DNA from: Felis catus
Lineage: Eukaryota
Direction of reading: 5' to 3'
Length of the DNA stretch: 64,000 nucleotides
Assembly: GCF_018350175.1 (NCBI RefSeq)
Contig: NC_058383.1
Location: 28,522,001-28,586,000 of the forward strand
A program made the translations under genes and the position numbers. Shown here in pieces: positions 52,065 to 64,000 of this stretch. The notes beneath the pieces are model-generated. The model worked only from the letters and a program-made list of their open reading frames with translations, had not been told where the DNA came from and did not search any database. Position 1 is the stretch's first letter; every line of letters starts with the position of its first letter.

Positions 52065-53076
52065 GTAAGTGGGTTTGCATTCTTCTTTTGCTGCACTCTA
52101 ATGTTAGCTTTTGGGGGCTGAAGATCGCCCTTAACGGGGTCACCAGGTGAGGCTGTTCTTTGTAGGAGGCTGGCCAGATTTTTGAAGTAAGGCTTAGAAA
52201 TAGTTCTTTTCTTACCAATAGAGAAGTGGCATGTATGAATTTTGCTTTTAGCTTGTTTCACGGTATCGTGGGGAATTGGCTTGTAGGTTTATCTTCCCAA
52301 CACCTCTGGTCATTGTCTCCAAAGCCAGCAGTGTTTGTGTCAACTGGATGAAAACAATAGGGAAAGATTTATTATGTCTTTTTCTTCCAGTCATGGGTAA
52401 AGAATATGGTGATGGTTTGCACACACTCATGTGGCTGCAGCCAGATAAACAGAGTAAATCGTACACGTCTTGGGCGTTTAATTCTTAAACTTCAGTAGCC
52501 CTCTGAGCTGGTTTTGCATAGTTCTGTTCCCCGCCATGCATGTGCATGATTCAGAGCGGTTATTGCTACACCTGTAGCTTATTGAGCCACGTGCTAGGAG
52601 AAAGCGAGCGTATTTCCAGCAGGGTGACCATTCCTTATGGTCTTGATTTGGGAAAAGCACGTCTACTACACTCTTGAGCTGCATTTCAGCCATTTGGAGA
52701 ATATACATATGATTCCTAAAGAAATTGGCATTTACTTTTCTAGCCTCAGAGGCCTTTAAGTCGAATGTAGTATTTTAGGTCAGAGATTGCCCACTTTTGA
52801 GGTCCCTGTTCTTCATGGTTAAAAAGAAGAAAAAGACTTGATTATTCAGAGCATTAAATCTTGCCATTCTCATTGGCCAGAGTGGTACTTAAGGTACATT
52901 TCCCTCTTTCTGGGCTTTTTCGGTTTAAGTAAGTTCACTGTCTTCCCTCAAGATCATTACCACCTCCCCTCCGAGGTTGTTAGCTTAAGTTTGGAGATCA
53001 CTGCTTGTTCTTCTAATTTTGTAATTGAATGTGTGCCCTTGAGTTAACCCGTTGTAACCCTTTTCCTCTGTATCAG

Positions 53077-53505
53077 CAGTGCCACACTCTGCTCTATGTT
53101 TATAACCTACCAGCAAATAAAGATGGCAAGAGCATCACCAACAGGCTCAGGCGCCTGTCTGATAATTGTGGTGGGAAAGTGCTGAGTATCACAGGCTGCA
53201 GTGCAATTCTCCGCTTCATAAACCAAGATAGTGCAGAACGGGCTCAGAAGCGAATGGAAAACGAAGATGTCTTTGGTAATAGGATCATTGTGTCATTTAC
53301 TCCAAAAAATAGAGAACTCTGTGAAACAAAGAGTTCCAATGCAATTGCTGATAAAGTGAAGTCTCCCAAAAAACTTAAGAATCCAAAATTGTGCCTCATC
53401 AAAGATACGAGTGAACAATCTTCCAGTGCCAAAGCCACGCCTGGAAAAGGGTCGCAGGCAAATTCTGGATCTGCTACAAAAAACACAAATGTTAAAAGTT
53501 TACAG
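53077..53505 (+). CDS. MARF1: MARF1 exon 8, RRM1 ([12 protein letters not shown]...NVKSLQ)
   Basis: tatcag|cag tandem acceptor, CAG|gtaact; 429 nt; RNP2-like LYVYNL. Confidence 0.96.
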
Positions 53506-53706
53506 GTAACTTTGATACCTCTTGCTTTCTGAAGTTTACGGTAGGTTCGGTTTCTTCTTCTCCGTGTTTTACATGCCCCGCTTGCTTTCGGCATGTCCTT
53601 TTTTGTTTTCCGTTTTTGACGATTCTCAGTCACGTGTTTTCTGTACAGGGTTTAACACATCTTGGTCGCTTCAGTTTTAAATTCCGTTGCGCTTGTCTCT
53701 TTTAAG

Positions 53707-53864
53707 GAGCTCTGCCACATGGAGTCAAAGACTGGCGCTAGAAGCAGTGACTCCCAGCAAGGCCACCTGAGGCTGGTGGCGCCTCCCCACAGAAGCTTGA
53801 GCGCTGCAGCGCCCGCACCCAAAAACTCGGGGACGGCAGAACCCGCTTACAAAACCAACCCGAA
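53707..53864 (+). CDS. MARF1: MARF1 exon 9 (ELCHMESKTG...YKTNP)
   Basis: tttaag| and AA|gtaggt; 158 nt. Confidence 0.9.
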
Positions 53865-53951
53865 GTAGGTTACGTTACTCTTCCTCACGGCCTCTTGTCT
53901 GATGTGAAGGCAAGCATGTGACCTTTTCCCTTCATGTGTTCCCTCCATTAG

Positions 53952-54110
53952 GAAAGAGAACCCCTGTCCCCGGAGTGTCACCAGCTCTCCTGTAGAGAAC
54001 AAAGAGAAAGAGGAGACTCCGTTCCAAGTGAGTTACCCATCTGCTTTCAGCAAGCTGATCACGTCACGGCAAGTCAGTCCCCTGCTCGCAGCACAGTCTT
54101 GGTCTTCTCG
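53952..54110 (+). CDS. MARF1: MARF1 exon 10 ([15 protein letters not shown]...QSWSS)
   Basis: cattag| and CG|gtgagt; 159 nt. Confidence 0.92.
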
Positions 54111-55139
54111 GTGAGTCCACCTGCTTGATCGTGGGGTACTTGCGTGCAGTAGCAGGGATGATGACACGATGCTGGTTCAAAGGAACTCCGGCGACGCAAG
54201 TGCATGAATACAGAAGTAAGAGATGAGTCCTCCCCTCCTCGTCCTCCAGCCCCCCTTCCTCAGGCTATCTTAGCTTACGATGGGGGGCCGTGCTCCTCAA
54301 CGTCTCTCCCCTCCACGTGGGAATCTGGGTAAGGAGAGATCACAGAAACTTAACTCGGACTCCCTGGCCATGATGGGAGGCACGTGTAGATGTCCTTACT
54401 GTTTCCTCCTCACTTTGTCGTGTTGGGGAAGCAGCCCCAACTACACGTGCCCTGGTTATTCTTATTCACAGGGTAATTGCAGGGAGCCATTTGAGAAGCA
54501 GGAGTGGGGAGCAGTCTGTAGACCACTGTACTTACCCAAGTAACGCTTACCTTATCTAAGCTCTCCAGACTCACACTGAGTACTTCTGGAAGCTTGGAGG
54601 ACAGGAGCCATGAGGCCACGTTGCACCTTGTGAACTCCTTCACGCATTGTATTTGTTGCGCTGAGTTGCTGAAGGCTCGCTCCAGAAAGTGACTTTGGAT
54701 CTGCAAAGTTAAAATTAAAAATTCACATAAAAGACTACAACACGTGAGCGACAGTAGCGTTTTCAGAGCCAGGGAGAAGTTAAATGACTTTTATTGGTAT
54801 CACAGGCTAATTCACCAAGAATCAATGCCCAGAGTAGAAAATGAATTCACCGGGTCTGCCTATAATTTCTGCCTCTAGTGTTAAATAATCCAATGAAAGA
54901 ATATTTGGTATTAAATTGTGTACTGGTTGTTAATAACAGGTCAATAGGTAGTACTTTTGGAAATAAGTCTAAATCAGTGTACATTTAAGATAAAAATACA
55001 TTTGAAAACCAAATATTCTGCTTGGTTGCATTATGGAAAGCTGTTTTTATATATAGCTTCAAACAGAGCCTAAGTGATTTAAACTAAGTAAATAGAATAA
55101 CAGTTTTTAAAAATACTCCACCATGTATGTTTTAAGCAG

Positions 55140-55329
55140 GAGTATGTCTCCAAACCTTTTAAACAGAGCGTCCCCACTTGCTTTCAACATTGCAAATTCG
55201 AGCATTGGTGCTGACAGCCCAGACCCGTTTGCAAATGGTGCTGACATCCAGATCAGCAACATCGACTACAGATTATCCCGGAAGGAGCTGCAGCAGCTTA
55301 TGCAGGAGGCATTTTCTAGGCACGGCAAG
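55140..55329 (+). CDS. MARF1: MARF1 exon 11, RRM2 start ([15 protein letters not shown]...FSRHGK)
   Basis: aagcag| and AAG|gtaacc; 190 nt. Confidence 0.94.
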
Positions 55330-56046
55330 GTAACCTTCTCCCCCCCTCTTGCCTTCCTTTTACCCTTTGCTAGCGCTTCAAGTCGGGAGAACGTAGTTCA
55401 ACACACGTAACCGCAGCCAGGATAGACGTATCACTGAATGAGTTTGAACTCCTTCCTTTTTCCTGTGGTCTGCTCACGGTGATGCTGTACTTGTAGTTTT
55501 TAGGGCGTAGCCCCGGAGAGCAGGAGACCTAGGGGAGAGGCACTCGTGGTCACGGGCACGGATTTAAGTAGCACTTTGGGAAATGAAACTCTGATGGATT
55601 TTACTTCACTCTGGCTGCTAAAATACGGAAGTAGGATTCTAAAGTAATGTTGGCTGTTTTGTGAGTATCTTACTGTGTCTGATGGGGTTTTGAGGTGCCG
55701 TTTGCTAGAAGTGCACCTATTCCAGGTGATTAAAATGGCTGTGCCCCGGGTGTCTGCAGGGTCTGGAGAAGACCCCAAGGACTCCTCACACATTTTGGCT
55801 CCCGAGCCTGCATCAGACAGCTGCGCGTGCCAGAGCACGCAGGCAGGCCGGGCCGATTTCACGTCTCTGAAGGTCACCCAGTCCCGGTTCACTTAGGTTT
55901 TGCTTGGCAGAAGCGTAGCGTTCAGACACGTTCCCTCACAGAAGCACGGAAGTCCACAGACGTGTTCCTTCATAATTCACCTTCAGGTTGAAGCTGACAG
56001 GGTTCGGGGTAGACCTAGCATTCCCTTTTCCTTTTTACTGCTGTAG

Positions 56047-56225
56047 GTGAAGAGTGTTGAGCTCAGCCCCCATACAGATTATCAGCTCAAGGCTGTTGTT
56101 CAGATGGAGAACTTACAAGAAGCAATCAGTGCGGTGAATAGCCTCCACAGATACAAAATTGGCAGCAAGAAGATCCTGGTCTCACTTGCCACAGGAGCTG
56201 CTAATAAATCACTCTCTTTACTGAG
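56047..56225 (+). CDS. MARF1: MARF1 exon 12, RRM2 ([15 protein letters not shown]...SLSLL)
   Basis: ctgtag| and AG|gtaaaa; 179 nt. Confidence 0.95.
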
Positions 56226-57383
56226 GTAAAAACAAACCATTTATTTCAGGAAATAACTTCTTGGCCCAGAAACAACTTTGGAAAAAATAAAATAGATTTC
56301 ATCACATTCCCAACCCTCTTTGATGATTACACACGCAGCAATGTTTATTCTCAGTTGTGACAGAACTTAGAAAATGAGCTGGAAGGTAGCACTAAGCTGG
56401 TTAGAATAATTCAACTCTTACTCAAGTCCACTACTCAAAGGTGAAGTACAGCTTAAACTTGGCAGGCGGTTAGGAGTAAAATAATACACCGCGTATCCAG
56501 AACAGGTTCTAAAAATAGTAGCCCTCTACAGTAAATGTTTATAAGCCTGGAAAGTCTGAAACGTTCCCTTCAACTCTTAGGAGAAGGTGGGTTTGTCTGT
56601 AGAGGGTAGATGTACAAAGCTGCAAGCGCTCAACCTGCAGATACATCCTTAGCATCAAATAGACACTCAGCTCTGTAAGTCTGCCTTCAACTCTGTCAGT
56701 TGTAGGAATCTGGTGGTGCTCTCATTCTTAACGTGCTTTGATTCTTCTTCGGCTTTCCCTGTTTTGGGGACAACTAGTCAAACAACTCACTCCTAAAAAT
56801 CTGTTTAAACTCTCAAAGATCTTTTTCCGTAACGTGTACTTCACCACTATTTTAAATTATGTTTTTTTCCCCTAGAATAAAAATAATAATGCTCATTGAA
56901 GAAACTTTGGAAAGGTCAGAAATACAAAAGAAGCTGGGGGGTGGGGGGTGGGGCGTGGTGGGAATCCATAATCCTGTGGCTCGAAGCCAGTCATGCAACG
57001 GTTTGCCTATTTGTTTTCTTCTGATCGTTCTTGGCTGCCTTTTTTAAAACTATAGTTGGGATGATATCGTATCTGCTTGTGTATCCTCCACTGTGGGAAT
57101 TCTACGTCCACGTCTCTAACACGTGACACACGACGTGGCAGGAGCCATTCAAGCTGTTCTGCCTTTTTTTTTTTTGTTTGTTAACAAGGTGTTTGTCTCA
57201 TTTGAGCGGTCAGTGTCCTTCTGATACACAGGTGTGAAAAGTGCTCTGCTTGAGTCTGATAAAAATCCCAGTGTCTGGCTTTATATTCTTTAATCACCTT
57301 GTCCCTAAAGTCTTTTTTTTTTCAAGGTTTTCCAGAAAATAAATTTTGACATACCAGAAACTGGTAAATTTATGTTGTGTATA

Positions 57384-57733
57384 CAGTTGACCCTTGAACA
57401 GCTCAGGGGTTAGGGGTGCCAACCCCCCCCCCCCCACGCAGTCAAAAATCCCCATATAACTTCTGATTCCCCCAAATCTTAACTACTAATCGCGTACTGT
57501 ACTGTTGACTGGAAGCCTTTACTGATAATGGTAACATAAACAGTTGATTAACACCTAGGTTGTATGTGTTCTATGCTACGTTCTTACAATGAAATAAGCT
57601 AGGAGAAAGAAAATGTTTCCAAAATCATAATGACGAGAGCATACATTTATAGTACTGTACTGCATTTATCGAAAGAAATCCACATATAAGTGGACTCGTG
57701 AAGTTCAAACCCATGTTATTCAAGGGTCAACTG
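57384..57733. mobile_element. Tigger2-type (Tc1/mariner-pogo) non-autonomous DNA transposon
   Basis: Perfect 15-bp terminal inverted repeats CAGTTGACCCTTGAA, flanked by TA on both sides (57382-57383, 57734-57735). Confidence 0.88.
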
Positions 57734-57884
57734 TACATTGTGTTCATCAGTTTTATGAACTCTGTTTTTGTTTTTGTTTATTTTTCTGCTCCCTATGAGC
57801 TGTGTTTTTAAAATACCACTTGGAAATCCTCTGTTGATATCGAATGACATCTGTTTTCTAATTGAGTAAAATTTTGTTTTACAG

Positions 57885-57965
57885 TGCAGAAACAATGTCT
57901 ATTCTTCAGGACGCTCCTGCCTGCTGTCTGCCTCTTTTTAAATTTACAGATATCTATGAAAAAAA
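57885..57965 (+). CDS. MARF1: MARF1 exon 13 ((S)[26 protein letters not shown])
   Basis: ttttacag| and AA|gtaagt; 81 nt; first LOTUS/OST-HTH region. Confidence 0.93.
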
Positions 57966-58380
57966 GTAAGTTAGGTTTATTATTATTTTTTTCATTGATC
58001 TGGTCAGTACTGATTGGCAGCTTCCAGAATTCCTATATTAATTGGTGATTGGCATAAATCTCTTGAGGAAAAGCTGTTGAGGACTATTTCCAGCCTGGTG
58101 GAGGAAGTGACGTAAAGACAATGGTATCCAGATTCACGTTTCTATTTTAACATACATTTTAAAAACGTCTTTCATTTTTAGTAAATTTAGACCTCAGTCC
58201 CTAAAGCTGTATGTTTTTCCCATTGACTGATTCGTTTTGCTCATCACTGAATGAACATTTTCGAGCACCTTCTAGGCTGTAAGCTCTAGGACAACAAGGA
58301 CTGGATCTGACTTATGACCATCTCTTCCGGACCCAGGGCTTAGTAGATGCTCAGGAAGTATGGGTGGTATGGAAGTCTAG

Positions 58381-58910
58381 GGGCACCCGGCTGGCTCAGT
58401 TGGTGGAGCGTGTGACTCTTGATCTCAGGGTTGTGAGTTCAAGCCCCCTGTTGGGTGTAGAGATCACTTTTATTTTTTTATTTTTTATTTTTTATTTTTT
58501 AAGTATTTTTTTTAACGTTTATTTATTATTGAGACAGAGGGAGGCAGAGCATGAACGGGGGAGGGGCAGAGAGAGAGGGAGACACAGAATCGGAAGCTAG
58601 CTCCAGGCTCCAAGCCATCAGCCCAGAGCCCGACGCGGGGCTCGAACTCACGGACCGCGAGATCGTGACCTGAGCTGAAGTCGGACGCCCAACTGACTGA
58701 GCCACCCAGGCGCCCCTAGAGATCACTTTTAAAAACAACATCTTTTTTTTTAAATTTATTTATTTAAATTGAAGTTAGTGAACATACAGTGTAGTCTTGG
58801 TTTTAGGAGCATAACCCAGTGATCTAGCACTTACATGGAACACCCAGTGCTCATCCCAACAAGTGCCCTCCTTAATGCCCATCACCCATTTAGCCCATCC
58901 TCCCCAAAAT
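58381..58910. mobile_element. tRNA-Lys-like short SINE (+) with a nested felid SINE (-, 58473-58716; TSD TAGAGATCACTTTTA), then a carnivore L1 3'-end fragment (-, ~58745-58910)
   Basis: TSD read directly; L1 3' UTR motif cacccagtgctcatcccaacaagtgccctccttaatgcccatcaccc. Confidence 0.85.
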
Positions 58911-60197
58911 AAAATCTTTAAAAAGTCTGAGCCTCTGTGGAGGGTGCAGAGCTGGGAAGACACGATCCTTGTCCTTGAGCTTATGTCTGGAAGGGAAGAG
59001 GAAATACTCGTAAATCATCACATAGAACAAAGAAAACTATCCCCCAGTGAGTGAGGAGGAGAAAATGCTATAAGGACGGAAAAAACAAAGAGCTGGACTG
59101 TTACTCTGAAGCCCCGGAGCCCTGAGTAGTGGCGGAACAACGGGCCATGTGGTGGCGGTGCAAGCTGAGATGGAATGAACAGGGCAGAGAAGGACACAAA
59201 GAAGGGACAGTGCTGTCCCAGTCCTGGGTCCAAGCAGATGCTGTTGGAACACCGAAGTTTCAGTTGTCAGTGCAATAGGACATTGTGACTAGTTTTATGT
59301 AGCTGGCAAGGTGGAGAGGAGAGGCAGTCTGATTCTGAGTTGTTTTGTCCTGGCTGACTGAGAGGATGCTAGTATGGTTAAACCAGAAATAGAAAATAAA
59401 GAAAGCCTGTCCAGAAAGTGCAGTGAGGTTTTGACCTTGGCTTGGACATTGGAGATAATGAAGATGTGACCGTTACTTTCCTAAAGGGGATCAGGAGAGG
59501 CAGGGGAGCAGGGAGGGAGTGAGGGGAAGCCAAGAGAAGGGCAGAACTGGATGGAATACCACCTGGGACGGGAAGCCGGAGAGAACCAGGAGGTGAGGGT
59601 GTTACCAGGACATGCGGGGATGGCTGGCGTCATTGAGGGAGCGGAGAATGTGGCATGGGGTTTTGGGGGGAGGGGAGGAGGAAGCCGCTGGTGACTTGAG
59701 AGCCATCCCTCCCGAGTCCTGTGGATAAAATCCTGGAGGGAAAAGGATATGAACTCAAATCTGTCTGCCTTCCAAGCCTGTGCCTTTAAGCTCCCAAGTA
59801 TGAAAGATACACACACGGTGGGGGGATGATTGAGGAGTCCAGTCTCAGGAAGTGTGGGTCTCAAGGTTCAGGAATAGGTGAGGTGAGGGAGTAGCTGGAA
59901 AGGAGCCTACCCCTTCTGCGGTAGCAGAGCAGAGATGGGGAGGGGTGGTACAGAGGGATTTCCAGCTTGGGGAGTGGAGTCAAAAGAGGTCATGTCAGGT
60001 AGCTTTCCATCTGAGACAGTGAGGTGAGGTCATATGCAGCAACTGCAGGGGTTCGAGGGTTAGGTAGCAAATGACATAATGACTGATGGGCAGTGAGCCA
60101 GAGGTGACTCAAAGGAAGTGCCAAGTGTTACTGGCTTGGGAGTGAAAGAATTTAGAGTAGAATTAATCCCATCTTACTTTTGAAGAGGTGGAGGAAC

Positions 60198-60275
60198 CGT
60201 TCTTAGCAATAGCCCTTTACTTAATCAGTACAGGCGTTCTTAGCAATAGCCCTTTACTTAATCAGTACAGGCGTT
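60198..60275. repeat. Perfect 37-bp tandem duplication with CGTT junction microhomology
   Basis: CGTTCTTAGCAATAGCCCTTTACTTAATCAGTACAGG x2 followed by CGTT. Confidence 0.95.
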
Positions 60276-60332
60276 TCTGTGTAATCAGAGAACATTCCAA
60301 GTTAACTTCTGTCCCCTTATCCTTGCTTTTAG

Positions 60333-60569
60333 ATTTGGACACAAGTTGAACGTGTCGGATTTATATAAGTTAACAGACACGGTGGCAATCCGCGAACAAG
60401 GAAACGGAAGACTGGTGTGTCTGTTGCCCAGCAGTCAGGCCCGGCAGAGCCCCTTGGGGTCTTCGCAGTCACATGACGGCTCCTCGACAAATTGCAGCCC
60501 AATTATATTTGAAGAGTTAGAATATCACGAGCCTGTCTGCAGACAGCATTGCCCCGATAAGGACTTCAG
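60333..60569 (+). CDS. MARF1: MARF1 exon 14 ([13 protein letters not shown]...CPDKDF)
   Basis: gcttttag| and AG|gtagaa; 237 nt. Confidence 0.95.
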
Positions 60570-60695
60570 GTAGAACCTCGTTTCCTTCTAGAAATAATCC
60601 TTGTGTATAAGGTCCTTGAACGTCTGTTAGTTACCTTGAAGACCTTTTAGACCACTGAGAAACGTCAGCTAACTGTTTTGTTCTCTTTTCTGTAG

Positions 60696-60815
60696 TGAAC
60701 ACGAATTTGATCCAGACTCCTATAAGATTCCTTTTGTGATCCTCTCTTTGAAGACATTTGCGCCCCAGGTTCATAGTCTTCTGCAGACACATGAGGGCAC
60801 CGTGCCTTTATTAAG
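60696..60815 (+). CDS. MARF1: MARF1 exon 15 ([39 protein letters not shown])
   Basis: tctgtag| and AG|gtgaac; 120 nt. Confidence 0.94.
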
Positions 60816-61456
60816 GTGAACATGTCAAAGCCATTGAGATATGAGGCCTTAGTTCTCCTCTTTCTAGAAAGTCTGCCCTCTGCCCACACCTCTTCCCAAG
60901 CAAGTATTATAGAATGCTTCATCCTAACATTTTTAGCACCTTGCGGTCAAAGTAGATCTGAAATAGGATCCATTCGCTCAATACTTGAACAAGAAAATTT
61001 GTGCAGATTTTTAGAAACATAAGCAATGAATAGGAAAGCTTGTTCTCCACAAAGACGAGATTATTGTGAGTGCTGTACTACAGGTGCACACACGTGCTAG
61101 AGGAGGGTACACAGCCTTTAGCCCTGGGCTGCAAAAGTTGAGAGAGAAAAGCCACTAATGCATTGAAGCAGGTAAATCACTGACTGAGCTGACCCAGTTG
61201 CCCAGTTGCCTTATTTTTAACACCCTCTGCTGGGAAAATTGTCTAGGAATTTCTGGTCTTATCAGACTGCATCAAAGAGGTCAGTGCCACAGTGATTGTC
61301 TCCCCTGCCTCGGACCTTAATTCTAATGTTCAAACCCAGATCCTGGGGATTTAAACAGAAATTACTTATTTGTGGATATATTAAGATGGAGATTTCTGTT
61401 TAGCAGGTGCTTTGCTTTTCCATTATTGTAATTACCCTTCTTTTTCCCCACTTCAG

Positions 61457-61632
61457 CTTTCCAGATTGTTATGCTGCAGAGTTCGGTGAACTAGAAATAG
61501 TGCAGGAAAATCAAGGGGGTGTTCCCTTAGAACACCTCATCACCTGTGTTCCAGGTGTAAACATCGCCACTGCACAGAATGGCGTCAAAGTGGTCAAATG
61601 GATTCACAACAAGCCCCCACCTCCAAACACAG
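61457..61632 (+). CDS. MARF1: MARF1 exon 16 ([12 protein letters not shown]...KPPPPNT)
   Basis: cttcag| and G|gtagga; 176 nt. Confidence 0.95.
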
Positions 61633-61754
61633 GTAGGAGGCAGGTATCGGATGTTTCTGAGCCACCACCTACTAGGAGAGGAGGCTGTTGGCTTTTATCT
61701 TCCACAGCAGCCCTGTTTGCCAAGCACAAAGCACTGTGGATGTCTCCTTTGATC

Positions 61755-62384
61755 TTTTTTCTTTTTTTAATGTTTGTTTATTTTGAGGGAGAGAGAGGCG
61801 CATGCCCATGCACTCGAGTGAGGGAGGGGCAGAGCTAGAGGGAGAGAGAATCCCAAGCAGGCTCCATGCTGTCAGCTCAGAGCCTGATGAGCCCAAGAAC
61901 CGTGAGATGGTGAGCTGAGCCGAAATCAAAGAGTCGGATGCTTACCCAACAGCCACCCAGGCGGCCCTCCTTTGATCTTTTAAAAACTACTCTCTAAAGT
62001 GCTGAAGGTTTGGCAGAACAAGACTTTTGGGGAGTACCAGCATAAGCTATGTAAAAAATGTAAAATCCACATTTCACAATGACGAATCTCTTTAGCCCTA
62101 CCTAATTTTGTGAGACTTTTTGGCTTGTCAGTTGGCTAGCCTTTTAAAAATAGTTTCAGGGGGCGCCTGGGTGGCGCATTCGGTTAAGCATCCCACTTCA
62201 GCCAGGTCACGATCTCGCGGTCCGGGAGTTCGAGCCCCGCGTCAGGCTCTGGGCTGATGGCTCGAAGCCTGGAGCCTGTTTCCGATTCTGTGTCTCCCTC
62301 TCTCTCTGCCCCTCCCCCGTTCATGCTCTGTCTCTCTCTGTCCCCAAAATAAGTAAACTTTGAAAAAAAACAAAAAAAAACAAA
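61755..62384. mobile_element. Older minus-strand SINE (~61755-61966) and young plus-strand felid SINE (62159-62384; TSD AAAAATAGTTTCA)
   Basis: SINE consensus and TSD at 62146-62158 and 62385-62397. Confidence 0.88.
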
Positions 62385-63397
62385 AAAAATAGTTTCAAGT
62401 AGTTGAAGGAAATCTCTCTAAATGCATATTTACCTGTGAAATTCATTGTGGTCAACATTTCTGACTTGGATAAATCTGAAAACAGATTTAGCTGTTAGTA
62501 TAAGAGACCAGGAAATGTGAACCTAGATTTGGGTGGGTTGCTGAGTTCTGGGCATCCCTGAGTCGCAGGTGTCTAATCCCACGACCTGTGAACAGCACTG
62601 CAAATCGTTGCCACTATATGCACATTTCCTTCTCTTTGATCCTAAATACTTCTTCCCTTTCTCTCCCTCTATAGGAAGAAGGGTGAGGATAACCAGGGAA
62701 GGAGAAATACTGGTAGCAACGCTGCTTGCCACCTTCTCCTGCCTTTCCCCTCATCCCTGGCCCGTGCAGGCCCCCTGGGCCTGTGCTGTTTCTCCTTCCT
62801 CCTGTGTCGTTAGCCTGCCAGTGTCTTAGAAAGGTTTTTGTCTGCTTATACGTTTATAATGAAAACTTTTTCTCAATTACATGGGCGTTCAAGAAAAATT
62901 TCTTTCTTACTCTTATATCAGCTAGTTTTACATTGCTGCTTTCTTTGATTTTCTGGGTAATGTTTTCAGCTTCCACATGGGTTAGCTCGGCTCTTCTGGG
63001 CTACCTGCTTGCTGACCATCTATAACTTTGTGAGAAAGTATGCTCCGCAGGACCAAGATGCAAATGAGTCGTTGAAATACAACGAGTTTATAAGGTGGAA
63101 ACTTGCTGTGGAATTTCACTTCTGCTTTAAGTTAACACTATGCTGAACTATGCTTTGACTACTGGACTTCGAGAAATAGGGGGAAAACATCTGCCAGCCC
63201 ATAAAGAAGTTGGGCTGGCCCATTGATTATTATACAGAACCTGAATATAGATGCTGAGAAGTAAAGAGGCCCTTTGGTCTCATCTGCGTCGTCATGGGTG
63301 AGCTCAGGAGAGCGAGTGCAAGGTTAGTTACCTTTGTTTCAGAGGTAAGATCCCACTTTATATCTTAGGAATGCTCTCTTTTTCTCCCCATGTCTAG

Positions 63398-63618
63398 ATC
63401 CTTGGCTTCTGCGTTCTAAAAGTCCTGTGGGTAACCCCCAGCTGATCCAGTTTAGCAGGGAAGTGATTGACCTGCTAAAGAGCCAGCCGTCCTGTGTCAT
63501 CCCAATTAGTAATTTCATCCCGTCCTACCACCATCATTTTGCAAAGCAGTGCCGGGTATCAGACTATGGATATTCCAAGCTGATAGAATTACTGGAAGCT
63601 GTGCCTCATGTGTTGCAG
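63398..63618 (+). CDS. MARF1: MARF1 exon 17, LOTUS domain ((D)[27 protein letters not shown]...AVPHVLQ); gene continues beyond the window
   Basis: tctag| and CAG|gtaagg; 221 nt; YG.SKL.ELL LOTUS signature. Confidence 0.95.
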
Positions 63619-64000
63619 GTAAGGAAAGTTCAGGAATTATTATTATTTTAAAGACGAGAATGTTCCTCTGTGGCTTTGGCTACCTCAGCCGAAGAAATGG
63701 GTTAGCTGGTAACCTCATCCAAGATGGCTTCTTGGTTTTTGCAGAAAGCTGTGAGTTTCAACTTAAAGAACGAACTCCTTAGAGCACTGTCAAGTGTTTT
63801 TCTTCTAATCTGTGTAGACTGACCTCCCTTCTCATAACCCAGAGCTCTCCAGGGTTGTTCACTCTTACAGAGGAGCTGCCGAGAACACGGGCTTACCTCT
63901 CGTAAATGAGTGAAAGACGAGCTCCTGGGCTGGAGCCTCATGCTGGTTCCTAAGGAATCTTTCTTTACCTGTTAACCTAGACTGTTATATAGCTTCCTAC

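Noticed and set aside
54028..54033. Internal GTGAGT donor in MARF1 exon 10
   Set aside because: Use would shift the frame by 83 nt; the motif is explained by Val-Ser codons and has no other support.
58385..58457. tRNA-Lys(CTT)-like sequence (similar ones at ~15052 and ~18929)
   Set aside because: Head of a tRNA-Lys-derived carnivore SINE; stems are mismatched and it is followed by SINE tail and TSD context.

Overview
Mammalian genomic DNA, almost certainly felid judging by the many young carnivore CAN/SINEC-type SINEs, syntenic to human 16p13.11. Three protein-coding genes can be reconstructed exon by exon with GT-AG boundaries and consistent phases. (1) The 3' end of MYH11 (+): two rod exons, the 39-nt SM2 exon, the SM1 terminal exon and a poly(A) signal at ~8693. 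(2) The complete NDE1 gene (-): non-coding exon 1 in a CpG island at ~36.9 kb plus 8 coding exons, giving a 1044-nt CDS and a 347-aa 'KMLL' isoform that ends tail-to-tail with MYH11. (3) The 5' part of MARF1/KIAA0430 (+): exon 1 at ~41.4 kb plus 16 coding exons, 1160 codons covering NYN, RRM1, RRM2 and the first LOTUS domains. mir-484 (-) sits in the bidirectional CpG-island promoter. The rest is SINEs (many nested, with TSDs), L1/L2/MIR, LTR and MER/Tigger remnants and microsatellites. I found no evidence for a new gene family or system. The best candidates for undescribed biology are regulatory: an in-frame 18-nt microexon candidate in NDE1 intron 7, an alternative NDE1 'GREN' terminus, uORFs in both leaders, an internal MARF1 exon-3 donor, a poly(dA)/CLEAR/E2F/poly(dT) promoter module, and a CArG box inside mir-484. 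Comparisons with human or mouse are from memory and need alignment to confirm.
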